Of a stretch of 64,000 nt of DNA, positions 51,000-64,000 are shown piece after piece. The DNA comes from Octopus bimaculoides (taxonomy: Eukaryota). The stretch covers positions 78,176,525-78,240,524 of the forward strand of contig NC_068989.1 in the NCBI RefSeq assembly GCF_001194135.2, read 5' to 3'. The first letter of the stretch is position 1, and each line of letters opens with the position of its first letter. The position numbers and the translations under genes were made by a program. The notes below the pieces were generated by a model that did no database searches, was not told the DNA's origin, and saw nothing but the letters and a program-made list of their open reading frames with translations.

Positions 51000-51375
51000 T
51001 AGTATTTCAAGCATCTCCTTAACAGATTGCCATATATTAATTTTAGAAATTATTTGAACTGTTTCTGAGAGTATGAACAAATCAACACTTGTAAAGATGA
51101 ATCATTTTAAAATTAAATTAAATTATAAGATCAATGGAAAAAGTTATTTCTAGGTTGAGTGGTTCAACAATTTCAGAAATCTGTTTCATAACAAGTTTCT
51201 ATTGTTAGAAATATTGGAATTAAATCATTATTACGTTTTTTTATAAGTCTATTTCCATAACTTAAAATCTGACAAATTTGCTTCTAAAGTACTTACAGAG
51301 CGTTTAACCTGGGTGTAAATATTACATAAAATACAGCAAAATTCCAAATAACGTTTTATAGTTAGAACAGATGCT
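51000..51375. repeat. Divergent AT-rich repeat, paired with about 55530-55900
   Basis: ATTATAAGATCAATGG(G)AAAAAGTTATTTCTAG..TTTCAGAAAT..AAGTTTCTATTGTTAG shared in the same orientation. Confidence 0.8.
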
Positions 51376-53835
51376 GAAACATTTTTTTCAAAGCAATGAC
51401 TCTCACTCTCTCTTTTCCTCTCTCCCTTTCCTCTCTCCATTCCTCTCCCTCTCTCCCTCTCTCTCACGCACGCATACACACACGCACGTTCTACTATCCA
51501 ATCTTTTACTCACGCTCAGACCAAAATAAATATTCCGAAGACTCTTGACTTTCAAAGTTGATGAAATAAAGTACCTGTCAAGTATTGGCTCGATGTAATA
51601 CACTTGACCACTTCAAACATGTCCCTCAATGCAGGCTTGCCTGAGTGGAGGTGCTTGTCCCCACCCCCTCGTAAACATAAGGACAGAGAAAATGTGTCAA
51701 GGCCGACAGGAAGCGGTCTAGCTTCCTAGGCCGAAATAGCAGTAGCATGATTTCCTTCATGGGACTGTCACGTTCAGTTGACAGCGTACAACTATTTTAT
51801 ATATCATATATATNNNNNNNNNNNNNNNNNNNNNNNNNNNNNNNNNNNNNNNNNNNNNNNNNNNNNNNNNNNNNNNNNNNNNNNNNNNNNNNNNNNNNNN
51901 NNNNNNNNNNNNNNNNNNNNNNNNNNNNNNNNNNNNNNNNNNNNNNNNNNNNNNNNNNNNNNNNNNNNNNNNNNNNNNNNNNNNNNNNNNNNNNNNNNNN
52001 NNNNNNNNNNNNNNNNNNNNNNNNNNNNNNNNNNNNNNNNNNNNNNNNNNNNNNNNNNNNNNNNNNNNNNNNNNNNNNNNNNNNNNNNNNNNNNNNNNNN
52101 NNNNNNNNNNNNNNNNNNNNNNNNNNNNNNNNNNNNNNNNNNNNNNNNNNNNNNNNNNNNNNNNNNNNNNNNNNNNNNNNNNNNNNNNNNNNNNNNNNNN
52201 NNNNNNNNNNNNNNNNNNNNNNNNNNNNNNNNNNNNNNNNNNNNNNNNNNNNNNNNNNNNNNNNNNNNNNNNNNNNNNNNNNNNNNNNNNNNNNNNATAT
52301 ATATATATATATATATATACCTTCATAGTAGTCTACTCTATTAGTAATAGAACAGTTTCAAATGTTACCCCTATTGCGACACTCGACGAACTTTCCTAAG
52401 AATTAGATGATACCTACCCAGATCATAGTCCCTTCGGAATTCATCATGTATTCTATAAGACTATAGCAGGAGGGTCCTCTACGATGAACGTTGTCTGTAA
52501 TACACCTAAGATTGAAAGTCATGAGTGACAGGCTTAAGAACGATATGGCTCCCTTATTGTAATTAATGCACATCTGCTGGAAAAATACCCAGGCTCTAAT
52601 ATGAACAACTGTACAAGACTTACCGTACAATAAAAATAACTGAAGATCTACTATGGAGACAAAAAGGCAGACCCTTACACAAGTGGTCGGTAATGAGTGC
52701 GAACATAAATATATGTTTATGGTCAAATATAGAAAAATATTTTTGAGAGTTATCTTACTAAATATTCTCCAATAAATGTGTACGGGATATTATCACATAT
52801 TTAAAAAAAGGATTCAAAACAAAATATTTTTAGAAGCAACAAATTCCCCCCAAAAAACTACGTTTATCCAAAACAGAAATCTAATGAATGGTATCATTCA
52901 TAAGAACATGAAACATCTGCAGAAAGAAACACGAGTGAATTTGAAAATGGTAAATTATTCATCACTAGGGAGATATTTTTCAGCTTTTTAATGACAACCC
53001 TCTTTCAGCATTAGTATGGTTAATATCTTTTATATATCACTTTGACATGAAGAATAATGTCTTTGTCTTACGTCCAGTATAACTTACTTTCTTCATTTTT
53101 TTTTTCTTTTTTACATTTTTTTTTACATTTCCAAAGCACGAATTATATCATTTATCTAAATAATCCAACTTCGCAACCTTGACCTCTAGATTGTCACCCC
53201 ATTAAAACTCAGTATTGGAAAGATATATAAGCACTGGTAATTTCATGTGTAGAACCGCACAAAGAGGTAAAAATAAACCGAAATGCATATGATAGAAATT
53301 AATCGTCCTTTCAAAGAAAAAAGGATAAGTATTATTAAAATTTATGATCCGAAACAATGAGAATAATAGTCAAAAAGTAGCCATTATAGTTGAAAAGGCC
53401 GAATCAATAAGTGGATCTCTAGGGAAAAAATATAAAGGAGTATTTTACTGCTACAAAAGAAGGCATTCTTAATGCCGATGCATGAACTAATGTAACAACA
53501 GCTTGAATTGAACATGGAGGACGTTTTTTTATAGATACATTCCAGTAGGAAAATATAACAGTGATTTGAGTTTGTAACAGACATACTTTGTGCAAGAGGG
53601 GTTGTTGAATCGAGAGAAATAAATTGTAAAATCCTTGAGATTTTCAGATAAAAGACCTCGGGTCATTCATTCAGGCTCTCTATTCCCTATGTTCAAATTA
53701 TGTTGGATCAGCTGTGCATTTCATCGTTTTGTTTTTACTTAACATCATACTTGTCAAGTATTAAGATCAATTCATATCACTTTACCCGTTTCTTTCTATG
53801 TTTCATTCAGCTTTATCTAGTATGCCTTACACTCT

Positions 53836-53889
<54 letters not shown>

Positions 53890-53894
<5 letters not shown>

Positions 53895-54420
53895 GAAACA
53901 CTGTCTCGTCTGAAGATATGGATGATATGAGCCATCCTATATTACAAACTAGATTATTAAGAATTACGGGTGGATGATTTGACTCTTTGTTAATATAAAA
54001 TAGCTTTTCATTGGGCTTACGGTAGGGTTTAAGTTTATCTAATTGCAACTCAAAGTTAAAGTCCAAATAGATCTACATTATTAAGGTTACTTTCTATCGT
54101 TATCCATAAGCCATTGGGAGAAAATCATAAATTTTTCCTAAGTTAACTATCTACATGGAGTTTGTAAGAACGGGGAGGATAAAAGTAAACTTAAATCATC
54201 CATCCCTTAAAGTAATTTAGATTATGCTAACGGTTACTCAAAATTCATTCTCACTGCCTTGTAAGAAAGTACATTTATATGCGTGTAGACATCTCGAGAG
54301 TGGTTCAGAAATTCTATTAATGATTTTCTTGTTAGTCCACAGAATAGACAAGGATTTCTCGGAGCAGTGACGGCATCTCCTGGAAATTATATTGTATAGT
54401 TTTGCGTACCTTACTATGGA
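53890..54420 (-). mobile_element. Penelope-like element reverse-transcriptase fragment
   Basis: Frameshifted RDD(G/D)L-like site at about 54192-54207, then ITIESNLNNVD and LDFNFEL..KPYRKPNEKLFYINKESNHPP..ISSISSDETVF, typical of the PLE RT thumb. Confidence 0.85.
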
Positions 54421-54892
54421 CCAAGTTATGCTGTAATTTTACTTTAAACCTCCCTATTCTTACAAACACCAAGAAGATAGTTAACTCGCTTTGTGATCAT
54501 GAGTGCACCAAACCTCACGTCTGCGTATGCTCACATTTTTGCGGATACTTGTATGAGCGAGTGTACTCGCGCCATGCAACTTTTTTCACGGGTATTTTAA
54601 GTATTTTTCTCGCTGGATTGCGTGTTCGTTTCTCTTTTTGTCTTCTGTGATTTTATTTTTTATCTTCTATATAAATGAAAATATTTTCTGAGTCTGGCTG
54701 TTTTTCTTTCTACAAAACGAGAAATTAGATTGGAGAACTTTTATTTTAACGAGTTGTATTTATAATCACCCGATGAGATACCTCTGCACCCATGAGGGAT
54801 CAATGATAAATGTGGCGAAACAATTGTCGCGATTAATAATAAATTCTCGTATATTCTATATTCCGTCTTTCCTTTGCCATATATATATATAT

Positions 54893-55392
54893 AGCTGAAG
54901 GCGTTGTCTTCCTGGGGCTACAAGCTACAGTAGCATCCACCCTTAAGGGTTAGCCACATTTAAGTGTCAAATATACTTCACGATGCCGTGCAGTTACTGT
55001 TTATCTGTTTATACCTCGCTCGGAGATTTGTTATTGCTTGTTTACACTTTTCCGAGATCAGTGACTTTTCGTCACTGGAAAAAGGATATATATATTTACA
55101 TTGGGAACCACTTCACATCGACAACCGGTGACTGTCATATGCTGATGATGGGTCAATACCGAGAAACTCGAGTTCATGTGTACCACGTCAGTTTGGAGAT
55201 GGGAAGAATGGCTTCCCTTTGCAAATACTGATAAGGCACATAAAGTGTCAATAGCCAACTGGAGGACGTGTCTACATGGGGCTACCAGCTACAGTAGCAT
55301 CCACCCTTAATGGTTAGCCACATTTATGTGACAAATATACTCACGACGTCGTGCAGCTACTGTTTATACCTCGCTCAGAGATTTATTATTGC

Positions 55393-55393
<1 letters not shown>
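54893..55393 (+). mobile_element. Retrozyme-like element: ~140-bp direct repeats (54895-55038, 55259-55393) around a hammerhead, inserted in (TA)n
   Basis: GGGGCTAC(A/C)AGCTACAGTAGCATCCACCCTTAA..TACCTCGCTC(G/A)GAGATTT(G/A)TTATTGCT duplicated with a period of about 355-364 bp; TA runs on both flanks. Confidence 0.7.
55136..55180 (+). ncRNA. Minimal type I hammerhead ribozyme (predicted)
   Basis: Stem I CAUAUG/CAUGUG (6 bp, one GU), core CUGAUGA, stem II UGGGU-CAAU-ACCGA (one GG mismatch), GAAA, palindromic stem III CUCGAG, predicted GUU cleavage after 55174. Confidence 0.7.
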
Positions 55394-55461
<68 letters not shown>

Positions 55462-56297
55462 AAAGACATGTGACAAGTTATGTATGTCTGTATGGATGGA
55501 TGGATGTATGATTGGCGTTTCACAAAACGTCAATATTTCTAGCCTCTGAATAGATATCGTTATGTTAATTTTGAAAATTATTTCAGCAATTTATAAAAGT
55601 ATAGCCAACTCAACACTTCAGAGATGAATCGTTCTGAAATTAAATTAATTATAAGATCAATGGGAAAAAGTTATTTCTAGTTTGACTGGTTCGATAGTTT
55701 CAGAAATATGTTTTATAAAAGTTTCTATTGTTAGGAATATTTTATCTCACACATTTTTTTTTCATCGTAAATTTCTTTCTAAAACTTAAGATAATGATTA
55801 GTCGCTGCTGAAGCACATATAAAAGTTTAACCTGTGGCTAAAAATTATCAGAATAGCATGGATTCCCAATAACAATGTTTTACAGCATAGACCGATGACT
55901 ATTTCGTTCTTTTATATGTATTCGTACATATATATGTATTCAATCTTACTTTACAAACCACAAAAAAAATAGATGCAAATTATTTGACGACTTCTTCATT
56001 CCGGGAATGACAAATTCCCGGAATCTTAAATGCATCAAACTACATAGCCTTTGAACTGGTTAAAGTCTGCCACAAATTCTCATATGAAGCTATGTGTGTC
56101 GACGCCGTCAACGCAGACCATTCTAACAATCCACTAAATTCTTTCGAAGACTAATAATTTTGCATATATACATGCATATATATTTTTAGCATATAACCCA
56201 ATAAACAACATAATATATTTTTTTTTTTAAATTATCTTAGTTTTGATCCATTATTTCTCACTGAATATATCTATCATCAACAGTTAATCGACGTAGT

Positions 56298-56683
56298 TGT
56301 TGTTTACGCTCCGTCGCTTACGACGGCGAGGGTTCCAGTTGATCCGATCAACGGAACAACCTGCTCGTGAAATTAACGTGCAAGTGGCTGAGCACTCCTT
56401 ACACACGTGTACTCTTCACGTAGTTCTCGGGGATATTCAGCGTGACACAGAGTGGCAATGCTGGCTCTTTGAAATACAGGCCCAACAGAAGCAGGAAGAA
56501 AGAGCGAGGGAAAGTTTTGGTGAAAGAGTACAGCAGGCTTCGCCATCATCTCCTGCCGGAGCCTCGTGGAGCTTTAGGTGTTTTCGCTCAATAAAAACTA
56601 ACAACGCCCGGTCTGAGAATCGAAACCGCAATCCTATGACCGCGAGTCCGCTACTCTAACCACTGGGCCATTGCGCCTACACC
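56298..56683 (-). mobile_element. SINE-like element (family C tail, distinct head) with 13-bp target-site duplication
   Basis: TSD TAATCGACGTAGT at 56285-56297 and 56684-56696; tRNA-like head TGGCCCAGTGGTTAG..GTTTCGATTC on the minus strand. Confidence 0.9.
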
Positions 56684-57564
56684 TAATCGACGTAGTACAT
56701 CCGACGTAAAACAAGAATACACTCCCTTTTGGAACTTCAGTGAAACGTGCATGAACAGATAAATTATAAACTCGATCATACAACTTGCAACATTACAATC
56801 AATCATTTGCCTTCTCTTTAATTCCAGAGGTTAAACATCACACGAATAGAAATAAACTTTGCCTCGCACATTATATGCCAGGGCAACTACTAGAAAAGGC
56901 AATATTTTCACTGCTTCACCTTTTCTTTTGTTTTTCTCTTTTCTTTTCCACATTTATGTCTGTCTCTAATCAGAAAATTTCCACATTTACCAATATATAT
57001 TCTGAAAAATGGATCACAGTAAGCACTCTCCGATTTCAGTCTGATGCCCGGGAATATGGAATTCGAATAACTAGATGTCAGATGCCAGCTGTCATAATTC
57101 TAAATAACATTCCTTCTCCGACGTTGACTCTACTGGGTTTTTTTTTTTTTCACTTTTTTGTCTCATATATGTGTGGGTGTTTGCGTGTACGTGCGTACGT
57201 ACGTGTAAGTATTTATATGCACATATACGTCTATATGTGTGTGCATATACACACGTATGTATATATATATGTGTGTGTGTGTGTATAAATATATATGTGT
57301 GAGTGTATGCATTTATGTGTGTATACGTGTGTGTAAGCGGGCGTGTGCGTGTGTGTGAGTGTGTGTATGCTTCATAAATCGTAGCCATAAATACTTTTGA
57401 CAAAGGAAATAATTTTTTTCGGTATTAAGCGCATGGTATTCATTTTGTGTGACAGAAGACAGCTATGTTTGATTCGACATTAGATACATAGAACTCTGTA
57501 TATATTGGCCAATATATTTTGTTTTATATTGTATATAAAAATTGCAAGAGCAAATACTTTCTGA

Positions 57565-57614
<50 letters not shown>

Positions 57615-58099
57615 CTTCTCAATATATGGAATGAAAAATAATTATTTCTGATCCAGTTATTAAATGTCTGGTTGATAATAAATGTGGAAAGTGGATATAG
57701 TAATATATTGTTCTGAATACCATGATGGAGATATATATCTTTTTATCTATACTATTCACGATTTATATTCAGTTAAATAAGTTATTTCAAAAATAATATA
57801 TCAAGATATACTATGAACATCTGTGATATTTTCAGAAGAAACTATCAGTAGCTCATAACTTTAGTGAACCTCTCCTGTTTCATTTTTTTTTTACAAATAC
57901 AGCTATAAATCGAAACGATAAGTTGGTAATCTTTTATAATCCTAGCCATATATTTTTAAGGTTTCATTTACTTTTTCGCTCCAATTTTTGATGATGTAAT
58001 AGATTCTCGCATTATTCAAGCGAGATTCAATTCGCAGCAGATTGCAATAAATCCGTTAATCCTCAAAGAAAGAATGCCATTTTCAACAATTCATTTCTG

Positions 58100-59390
58100 T
58101 ATGTACTAGTCTCAATAAAAGAGTGTATGTTTAAGTACGGTCATTTGACCGGTAGTTTTCAATAGGGCTGTTTTGGCCGAATCACAGAAATCAGCAAGGG
58201 GAGTGGTATTAGAAAAAAATAATAAAATAAAAATAATGTGGAGGGAAGAAGGTAGGCAGATATATGTTGTCAAGGGGGAGAAAAGATATATATGCATGAA
58301 GAAAGCAAGAAGGAATAGGGGAGAATCGTGGCGGCTACTACTGGTTTCCAATTGAGGAATGTATGTGTGCAGTGAGCGTGTTTACCGTATGAAGTAGTAG
58401 AGGTGTATGTTGGCGCATATACTTGTAAGTTTAAGGAGGGAAGGGTATGACGATGAGGTAGGTGAAATGATAGTATAGAATTTTAAACAGTGTGCAAAAA
58501 TACAGAGAAGTACGTAAATGAGAAAAAGGAATTTAAGGGAAAATATATTGTTGGTTAAATATATAGTGGTAGTGAGGGGAGATAACATGGAAAATTTATG
58601 AAGGTTAGGGGGAAAGGTGGGGTGGAGATGTTATTTGTATTTTGAGAAAAGATTTTGTGTTCGATGTTTGCAGGTAAAAATTATACTGCTGCCTTCATTA
58701 AGACAATCCGTGCATTGAAAATAGCTAAGACCTCGGCTATGCAGAAATCACACTCGTTATTATAGCTGCTCTATGGTTTGCTGAGGGTGACTGTGGACCA
58801 CTTGAATGTGTAAGTAGTTGAATCAATCTTTAATTTATTGATTAACTGAGATAATGATGTAAAGTTGGATTTTGTTTGGGACTTGAAACTGAAGGAGTGG
58901 TTGTTCACTCTAGCTTTGAAGGTGGTGCTACTTGAGCGAATATATATGTAGTTACAGTTGGTAGGTGATACTGTACACCTATAAACGATGTTTTTTGTGA
59001 GACAGCAGTTATCTAAAGAACAGGAGGTTAAGCGCCTGACGTTGCACAAGTTTGTAATGAGTGTTCCGGATAAACTCGTGAAAGGATTGTTATTCAGTGA
59101 GGAACCGGTATTAGGTCCGTCATTATTGCTGGCATTAGAATTAGCATTTGTTAAGAAGTTTACGATGGTGCTGTGGGTTTGTATAATATGATAATTATTA
59201 TGCCCGGTGGCCTCTTCTGTGTCGTTCTCTATTTTTGCAAGAGGTATAGTTGGAGGTTGTGGTAAATTTAAGGATCAGGAGTTAGCAGTGGCATTATAGT
59301 TGGAGTTAGGAGGATATTTACCACTTCTAAGGTTCCGCTCGCTATGAAACATATGTAGCCCGGATGTTATTTACTCCATTCTTTAACTCT
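58100..59390 (-). mobile_element. Penelope-like element 3' part with GIY-YIG endonuclease relic
   Basis: CSLDNCCLTKNIVYRCTV..YIYI..TTFKARVNNH..SF..TSLSQLI..LK..FKWS, followed by CDFCIAEVLAI and a long non-coding tail; truncated at a gap. Confidence 0.85.
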
Positions 59391-59939
59391 TGTGTATATA
59401 TATATATATATATNNNNNNNNNNNNNNNNNNNNNNNNNNNNNNNNNNNNNNNNNNNNNNNNNNNNNNNNNNNNNNNNNNNNNNNNNNNNNNNNNNNNNNN
59501 NNNNNNNNNNNNNNNNNNNNNNNNNNNNNNNNNNNNNNNNNNNNNNNNNNNNNNNNNNNNNNNNNNNNNNNNNNNNNNNNNNNNNNNNNNNNNNNNNNNN
59601 NNNNNNNNNNNNNNNNNNNNNNNNNNNNNNNNNNNNNNNNNNNNNNNNNNNNNNNNNNNNNNNNNNNNNNATATATATACACGCAGTTGAAACATTTCTG
59701 TCCCATGGGTCCTTGAAGACTGCTAGAAAGCAGGAAAGTATACTAGTCCTTTAATACTTAATATTCAATACTTCATTTCATTCTACCATGTATACTATAT
59801 ATTCCATATTCTATATCCTACATTAATTTTATAAGAATATAAATAAAACCTAAAAAAACAGATTTGGAATTCTTTTGTATAATATATTCCTCAATACACT
59901 ATCATACAAACCCCTTTTATTATTTTTTTTAAATTTGTA

Positions 59940-60049
59940 ATGCTGAGCAAACTGGGGCAACGTAAAACAAACTCAATACACAGCCCAGTCGGGGAATCGA
60001 AATTACTACCTCATAATTGTGGGCCCGACGCTCTAACCACTAAGGCGTT
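59940..60049 (-). mobile_element. tRNA-like SINE head fragment (family C type)
   Basis: Minus strand GCCTTAGTGGTTAGAGCG..TTTCGATTCCCC. Confidence 0.65.
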
Positions 60050-60084
60050 CAGCTTCACATGTGTGCGTTGCATTCATTATCAAC

Positions 60085-60475
60085 ATCGTCGTCGTCGTTT
60101 AACGTCCGCTTTCCATGCTGGCATAGGTTGGACGATTTGACTGAGGACTGGCAAGCCAGAAGGCTGCACCAGGCTCCAATCTGATCTAGTAAAGTTTCGA
60201 CAGCTAGATGTCCTTCCTAATGCCAATAGCTCCGAGCGTGTAGTAGGTGTTTCTACGTGCCGCTGGAAGCAGGGCCAGTCAGGCGGTTCTTGCAACGACC
60301 ACGCACAAAAGGTGTTTTTTACGTGCTACCTGTACGGTAACCAGTCTCGTAGCACTGGCAGTGACCACCCTCGAATGTTGTTTTTCAAGTGCCACCGGCA
60401 CATGTGGCAGTAAGGCGAGGCTGGCAACGATCACGCTCGAATGATGCTTTTTATGTGTCTCCGGCACGGGAGCCA
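60085..60475 (-). mobile_element. RTE-type 3' tail element with ~65-bp tandem subunits
   Basis: (GTC)n tail with TTTAACGTCCGCTTTCCATGCTGGC; units start at about 60247, 60311, 60376 and 60442. Confidence 0.7.
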
Positions 60476-61104
60476 TAAATTAATGACACAGAATTAACGT
60501 GGTTGATGATACATATTCAGGTCACAATATATATTCGTTGAAGGTTTTCTTCTGACTTTGTATATATGTGTTTGCTATGGTTTATAGAAGAGAGTTGCCT
60601 TAGTATAAATTTCAAATGCTTATAAATAAAATCTATTCAGTTTCTCACAGAGCAATGGTCAAAGTGAGGTGAAAAGACACCATATTAAATAGCAATTTCC
60701 AATGTATAATTAAAAAGAATGGATTGATACAAATATCACTACTATAAATTATTTTTGGAGTACACCAGTATATTTTTAAGTGGGCGGTAATATACTTAAG
60801 TCTAAACATATGCATGTATTCAGTTTCATATCTAGAGATACATACGAATAAATCAAAGAAAAGCCTCATAGATTTTGCACATTTCCGTAGAGATATGCAT
60901 TTAAAGTAGAAGTAAATATATAAATACACTATTCTACACACACGTGCACATACGCACACACACACACACCCGTAGTGTATGTGTATGTATATAGGTAAGA
61001 AGCAAAACATATGTGTGTGTGTGTATGTGGTGTGTGTGAGTGAAGTGAGTACATATGTATATGTATATATATTTATATGGATATACATTATGCATGTATG
61101 TATG

Positions 61105-61242
61105 TTTGTAAGTATGTATCTATCTATCTGTCTGTCTATCTATCTATCTATCTATCTACCTATCTATTCATTTATCTATCTATCTATTTATACATCTATG
61201 CATTTATCTATTTATCTATTTTTCTTTCTATCTATCTATCTA

Positions 61243-61281
<39 letters not shown>
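61105..61281. repeat. (TCTA)n plus (CT)n microsatellite
   Basis: Direct read. Confidence 0.9.
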
Positions 61282-61439
61282 NNNNNNNNNNNNNNNNNNN
61301 NNNNNNNNNNNNNNNNNNNNNNNNNNNNNNNNNNNNNNNNNNNNNNNNNNNNNNNNNNNNNNNNNNNNNNNNNNNNNNNNNNNNNNNNNNNNNNNNNNNN
61401 NNNNNNNNNNNNNNNNNNNNNNNNNNNNNNNNNNNNNNN

Positions 61440-61470
<31 letters not shown>

Positions 61471-61802
61471 TGCTACGGACAGACATCTGTTTCACTGTCT
61501 TTCACTTGCATTAGTCTATTAGTCTTGCATTAGGCTACGGCTAATGACTGCCTTTTGAAGAGATGAACACAGCGATTCCAATACTTATTTTTTATGTCTA
61601 GTACTTAACTTTGTATATTTGTTTTACTAAACCACTAAATTAGAGGTACATAAACAAACCACATCCGGTTGTAAAGAAGCGAGGCTACAAAAATATACGC
61701 ACAAACTCACATGCATACACTCATATTCACATGCGTAAATACATATGTATATATGCGCATAAATATACACTCACATGTTTATGCATAGACATATGCGTGT
61801 AT

Positions 61803-61871
<69 letters not shown>

Positions 61872-62039
61872 ACAGTATAGCTACATTAGTATATGTATGT
61901 GTGTGCATGTGTGTGTGTATGTGTGTGTGTGTGTGTGTGTATGTGGATGTACGTGAGTGTGTGGGCGTGTGTGTCTGTGTCTGTGTGTGAAGAGCTCCTA
62001 CGCATTTACTATCGATGAAATTCTTTTACAAACCATTAC

Positions 62040-62150
62040 TCTCTCGGGACTTTGGTACCAGACGTACCAGATACAGCGCAGTGAGACTAAAATCAAGGCC
62101 ATTTGGCACGGAAACGAGCTTCTTACGCATACAACCTTAAACGCGCCTAT
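62040..62150 (-). mobile_element. Family B SINE-like head, degenerate
   Basis: GCGCAGTGAGACTAAA..GGAAACGAGCTTCTTAC. Confidence 0.55.
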
Positions 62151-63310
62151 AATATGACTATAAATTTACAATTCGGACAGCCGTGCACTGCCTGCAACCT
62201 TACTCTTCATCTCATGATCTCGCAGCAGGACAGGACCGCAGAATGATCACTGAAACTGCTAGAAACAACAACCAAATCTACGTCAAGTTTTGATGTACGG
62301 TTTTGGGAAAAATAAATGATGTAGTGGTTAAGGCAATAACAAGTTTTCATAAAAGAGAGCATTGTATTGTTATGATAGGAATGTATTTGATGATTCGTCT
62401 GCCTAGTGAGGGTTAGCTTGGGGGCCAAACACAAAAGCTGTTTTGTATTTGATAAAATAATACTGCCCTACACTAACTTTTCATATGTCAACTCAAAAAA
62501 GTTTTAGTATTTTAGCAAAACTAAAATCTAGATATGATATAATATCAGAATTAAGAATTATTAATTATACAAATCTCTTTTATTTATTTTTTATGATTTA
62601 TCTCCCGACGACCATCAGTTCGCAATAACAATTCCGGACTTCTCATCTTGAGAGATAAGACTAGATTGATGAGGGGAAAAACTTTTGATGATTTGTCTCG
62701 ACATCCGCTGAGAGATAGCTAGAAGACTTCAGTATTGTGTGAAGATTGATTGCTTAAAGGGGTTTACTGTGGAAGAATTAGAATGGTTCAAAAGAAAATA
62801 TAACGTTGTATTTGTTTACCATATAAGTAGTTTTATATAGAAATATATATTTGAGAAAATTGTACGTGTTTTAGTGAAAGACGTGGTAGAGTGAAGTAAG
62901 AAAGAAAAAGACAGATAGGCAGACATACAGGCAGATACAGACAGACACATAGGCAGACGCAGAGAGATAGACAGAGAAAAGCTGTCATCTCCAAATTTGA
63001 GATCGGATGAGTTAAAATATGTCTGGTGAAATTCTGATTTTCAGGTTGTACTTAGAATGCGACTGTCATTTCATTGCCACAGTTACATCAGTAGAATTAT
63101 TGAGCGTGACCCCGAGTCATGTACTTAGTGTTCAAAGGTTAATTGTTTTCTGTCTCTAAAAACAATAATTACACATTGTCAAATAGTTTTTATTACTTTA
63201 CATGTTTTAACCATTTAGACAACGGTCGTGCTGAAATACGTCTTCAATGGTTTTAGTCGAATTCAATTTGTATTTAAGTCTAGTGCTTAATTTTTCGTCG
63301 AACAACTACA

Positions 63311-63468
63311 CAGGAAAGACGTGGCTGTGTGGTAAATAGATTGCTTACCAACCACACGGTTCTGGGTTCAGTCTCACTGAACCATGGGTAAGTGTCATCT
63401 TCTATAGCCTCGGGCCGACCAAAGTTTTGTGAGTGGATTTGGTAGACGGAAACTAAAAGAAGCCAGTC

Positions 63469-63524
<56 letters not shown>

Positions 63525-63773
63525 ATGTGTGTTTGTGTGTGTGTGTGAGTGTGTGTGTGTATGTGTGTGGGTGTATGTATATATTTGTATCCCACCCTAC
63601 CATCGCTTGACAACCGACATTGGTGTGTTTACGTCCCCGTAACTTAGCAGTTCAGTAAAAGAGACTGCTAGAATAAGTACTAGTCTTACAAAGAGGAAAT
63701 CCTGGGTCGATTTCTTCGGCTAAAGGTTGTGCTCCAGCATGGCTGCAGTCATTTGATTGAAACAAATAAAAGA
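63311..63773 (+). mobile_element. Family B SINE-like element, full length, internal (TA)n(TG)n
   Basis: GTGGCTGTGTGGTAA..GGTTCTGGGTTCAGTCTC head; body matches the copies at 26282 and 29862. Confidence 0.92.
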
Positions 63774-64000
63774 ATAACTAGGTTATGTGACACACATGGA
63801 CATAGAATTAACGACAATCTAAATATATAGAAAAATAATGATACATACACAATACAAAGACATATACACAGGCACACATACACACACATATTCGCACACA
63901 TAAACGCATACACATTGACACATATACATACATATGCACGAACATAAACACATACACACATATATATGTATGTGTATTCATCGGTGCAGCTTTACGCGCA

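Noticed and set aside
51701-51745. Hairpin GGTCTAG-CTTC-CTAGGCC followed by GAAA, like a hammerhead stem II
   Set aside because: The CUGANGA core is not recognisable (AGGAAGC), and no NUH site or stem I is present.
60247-60475. CRISPR-like array
   Set aside because: The context is eukaryotic, the units are degenerate along their whole length without constant repeats and unique spacers, and no cas genes are present.

Overview
This is AT-rich, microsatellite-dense eukaryotic DNA with seven N gaps, each next to a simple repeat. The interspersed repeats match families I recall from Octopus genomes; that assignment is an inference and no database search was run. The window is mostly decayed mobile DNA: about 30 copies or fragments of three tRNA-headed SINE-like families, four Tc1/mariner relics, CR1-like, R4/Dong-like and RTE-like LINE fragments, and several Penelope-like (PLE) fragments. 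No complete host gene can be assembled from sequence alone. Two coding-like segments stand out: a 102-nt exon candidate at 1505-1606 and an orphan 104-codon open frame at 35097-35411. The best lead is a near-canonical minimal type I hammerhead ribozyme at 55136-55180. It lies inside a ~500-bp element made of ~1.4 tandem ~360-bp monomers inserted in a (TA)n tract, an architecture like non-LTR retrozymes. A second hammerhead-core repeat with a ~205-bp monomer forms a long inverted repeat at 45396-45866, and more decayed look-alikes occur elsewhere. Most ORFs in the supplied track are microsatellite or gap artefacts. Boundaries of degenerate repeats are approximate.
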